Shown piece after piece: positions 20,555 to 21,943 of a DNA stretch of 21,943 nt (the stretch's first letter is position 1; each line of letters opens with the position of its first letter). The stretch covers positions 1-21,943 of the forward strand of contig JBHGNT010000515.1 of NCBI GenBank assembly GCA_043228905.1, given 5' to 3'. The stretch comes from Azolla caroliniana (Eukaryota > Plantae > Polypodiophyta). The notes beneath the pieces were generated by a model. That model saw nothing but the letters and a program-made list of their open reading frames with translations. It was not told the DNA's origin and did no database searches. The translations under genes were made by a program, and so were the position numbers.

Positions 20555-20688
20555 TTATATACACAAGGCCATGCATGTCTAGTACATGCATGTCCCTTCC
20601 CACGTCCATTCCTATAGACGTTAATGGCATGATCCATACTTGGGCCACGGAAGAGACCATTCACTTTTATCCACCCCCTTTACGTGTC
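20555..20688 (-). promoter_or_regulatory. TATA + 2xRY + ABRE promoter module, copy 10
   Basis: Same as 1132-1266 except for one C missing from the C6 run. Confidence 0.72.
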
Positions 20689-21608
20689 CAGGATCCTCTG
20701 CTTCGACTACCATATCACTAGCCCTATACTCACCTCCATCACACCAGGAGTGGATTATGCACTTGGGCATTTCAAATCTACTAACCTATGGACGCTTCGT
20801 CCATATTGCAACGTAGACAGTATGTAACCTCATGATAGCCACCTACACATGTGATGCATTGAGGTTGTAGAGTGCGTATGGGCCTCGTAAAACGAGGATA
20901 AGGTGGTGAGAAAAGGTTTTTAGGGTGTTGGTTCTCTCCACGAAAACGTTATCGGTGGTTGTGGCCACGAGGGGGTTTAGAATCCATTGCGACCAACATA
21001 CGGACGACGACACGCGTTTTTTCATTGTGATTACAAGATCCGTCGTCGTTGTGGACGCTGCAACCACCGGAGGAATATGAAGGTGGCACCATTCAAGGAC
21101 AACATTTCTAGGTGAAACATGCGTGGGTTGGTTGGTTCACACGATGATGAAAATGGTAGATAGACATGGGAATTTCATGTGGAATCATGTTTGTAGTAGG
21201 AGTTACGATCAGCCACTACTATTGCGCACATCATGGTACGGCGAGACACGGCATTGTATGAGGGTGGCTTCAATACAACATTGTGATGGCATCGACGTGT
21301 TGACGAGTTTCGCGTTGCTCGTGAGAGAGATAGCGATAGATGGATAGAGATAGATATAGTAGGGTGGGAGTGGGTAGTGTGCGTGTGGGCACGTTACCTA
21401 ATCATGTGTGCGTGGAGTTTCATTTTGCTTGTGCAATGAGCGAGCGAGGGCACGCGACCTGATCGTGCGTGCGTGCGTGCATGTTGTGCGCGAGCGTGGG
21501 AGAAATATGATTGAGAGGGTTATGAGAACGTCAAGACACCACACAGAGCACACCATTTACATTTACGATGTTCAGAAAGTGTATAGTTGAAAAAGTTATG
21601 TACGTTCT

Positions 21609-21943
21609 TTAAAAGTGGCGAATACAAGCGCGTGGGCGAAGATCACATTGTTGGAGAAGGCGAGAGGTTGCCACGCTTAGAAGTTGTTCCTCCTCACCGG
21701 CCTTGAAACGACGACGTTGTTCCTCATCTTGTCGTCCGGTCATGCGATAACGGCGCTCGTCCTCCTCGCGCTCGCTACTGTCTCTCTCTCGCTCGGCATC
21801 CTCTTCCCATTGACGACGTTCCCTTGACACTTGGTTATGGCGGTGACCATCATTGCGTGCCTCTTCTCCGCTAATGTATAAGGCCTCGCGGAGGCGTTGC
21901 AACGCTCTTCTACGGGGATTTGTTCCACGTTCCTGCAGCATCT
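21609..21943 (-). CDS. 3' part of copy 11 of the 2S albumin-like gene (5' end beyond the window)
   Basis: Encodes the same C-terminus (...RLLQQCDLRPRACIRHF). One G is missing near 21896 (gaggcgttgc vs gaggcggttgc), an apparent frameshift that is probably an error. Confidence 0.75.
   Translation of the reverse strand, partial: MLQERGTNPRRRALQRLREALYISGEEARNDGHRHNQVSRERRQWEEDAERERDSSEREEDERRYRMTGRQDEEQRRRFKAGEEEQLLSVATSRLLQQCDLRPRACIRHF

Larger units (their letters stand above)
1..21943. repeat. Tandem array of ~2161-bp gene-containing units (10 full copies + partial 11th), open at both window ends
   Basis: Stop codons of the repeated ORF start at 28, 2189, 4350, 6511, 8645, 10806, 12967, 15129, 17290, 19451, 21609, giving periods of 2161, 2161, 2161, 2134, 2161, 2161, 2162, 2161, 2161, 2158. 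Units are contiguous with no unique spacer. Confidence 0.99.

Noticed and set aside
1-21943. Concatemer of a circular replicon (CRESS virus, satellite, plasmid) or transgene
   Set aside because: No Rep, capsid, transposase, nonanucleotide origin or vector sequence seen; the unit looks like a native plant gene. An eccDNA origin cannot be excluded but has no positive support.

Overview
The whole window is a head-to-tail tandem array of a ~2161-bp unit: 10 complete copies plus a partial 11th, running off both ends. Each unit carries one intronless minus-strand gene encoding a 345-aa precursor. The precursor has a signal peptide, three 52-aa Arg/Glu/Asp-rich repeats and a C-terminal 2S-albumin-like (prolamin superfamily) domain with only six Cys. 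Upstream of each gene is a compact land-plant maturation-type promoter (TATA box, two perfect RY elements CATGCATG, ABRE/G-box-like ACGT cores). The best reading is a very recently amplified or homogenised array of an atypical seed/spore storage-protein gene from a land plant; the PSERCC motif resembles conifer 2S albumins, but the taxon cannot be fixed from this sequence. Copies are nearly identical. Copy 4 has an in-frame 27-bp net deletion, copy 9 a +1 frameshift, and small indels cluster towards the right end in a pattern that looks like low-coverage long-read error.
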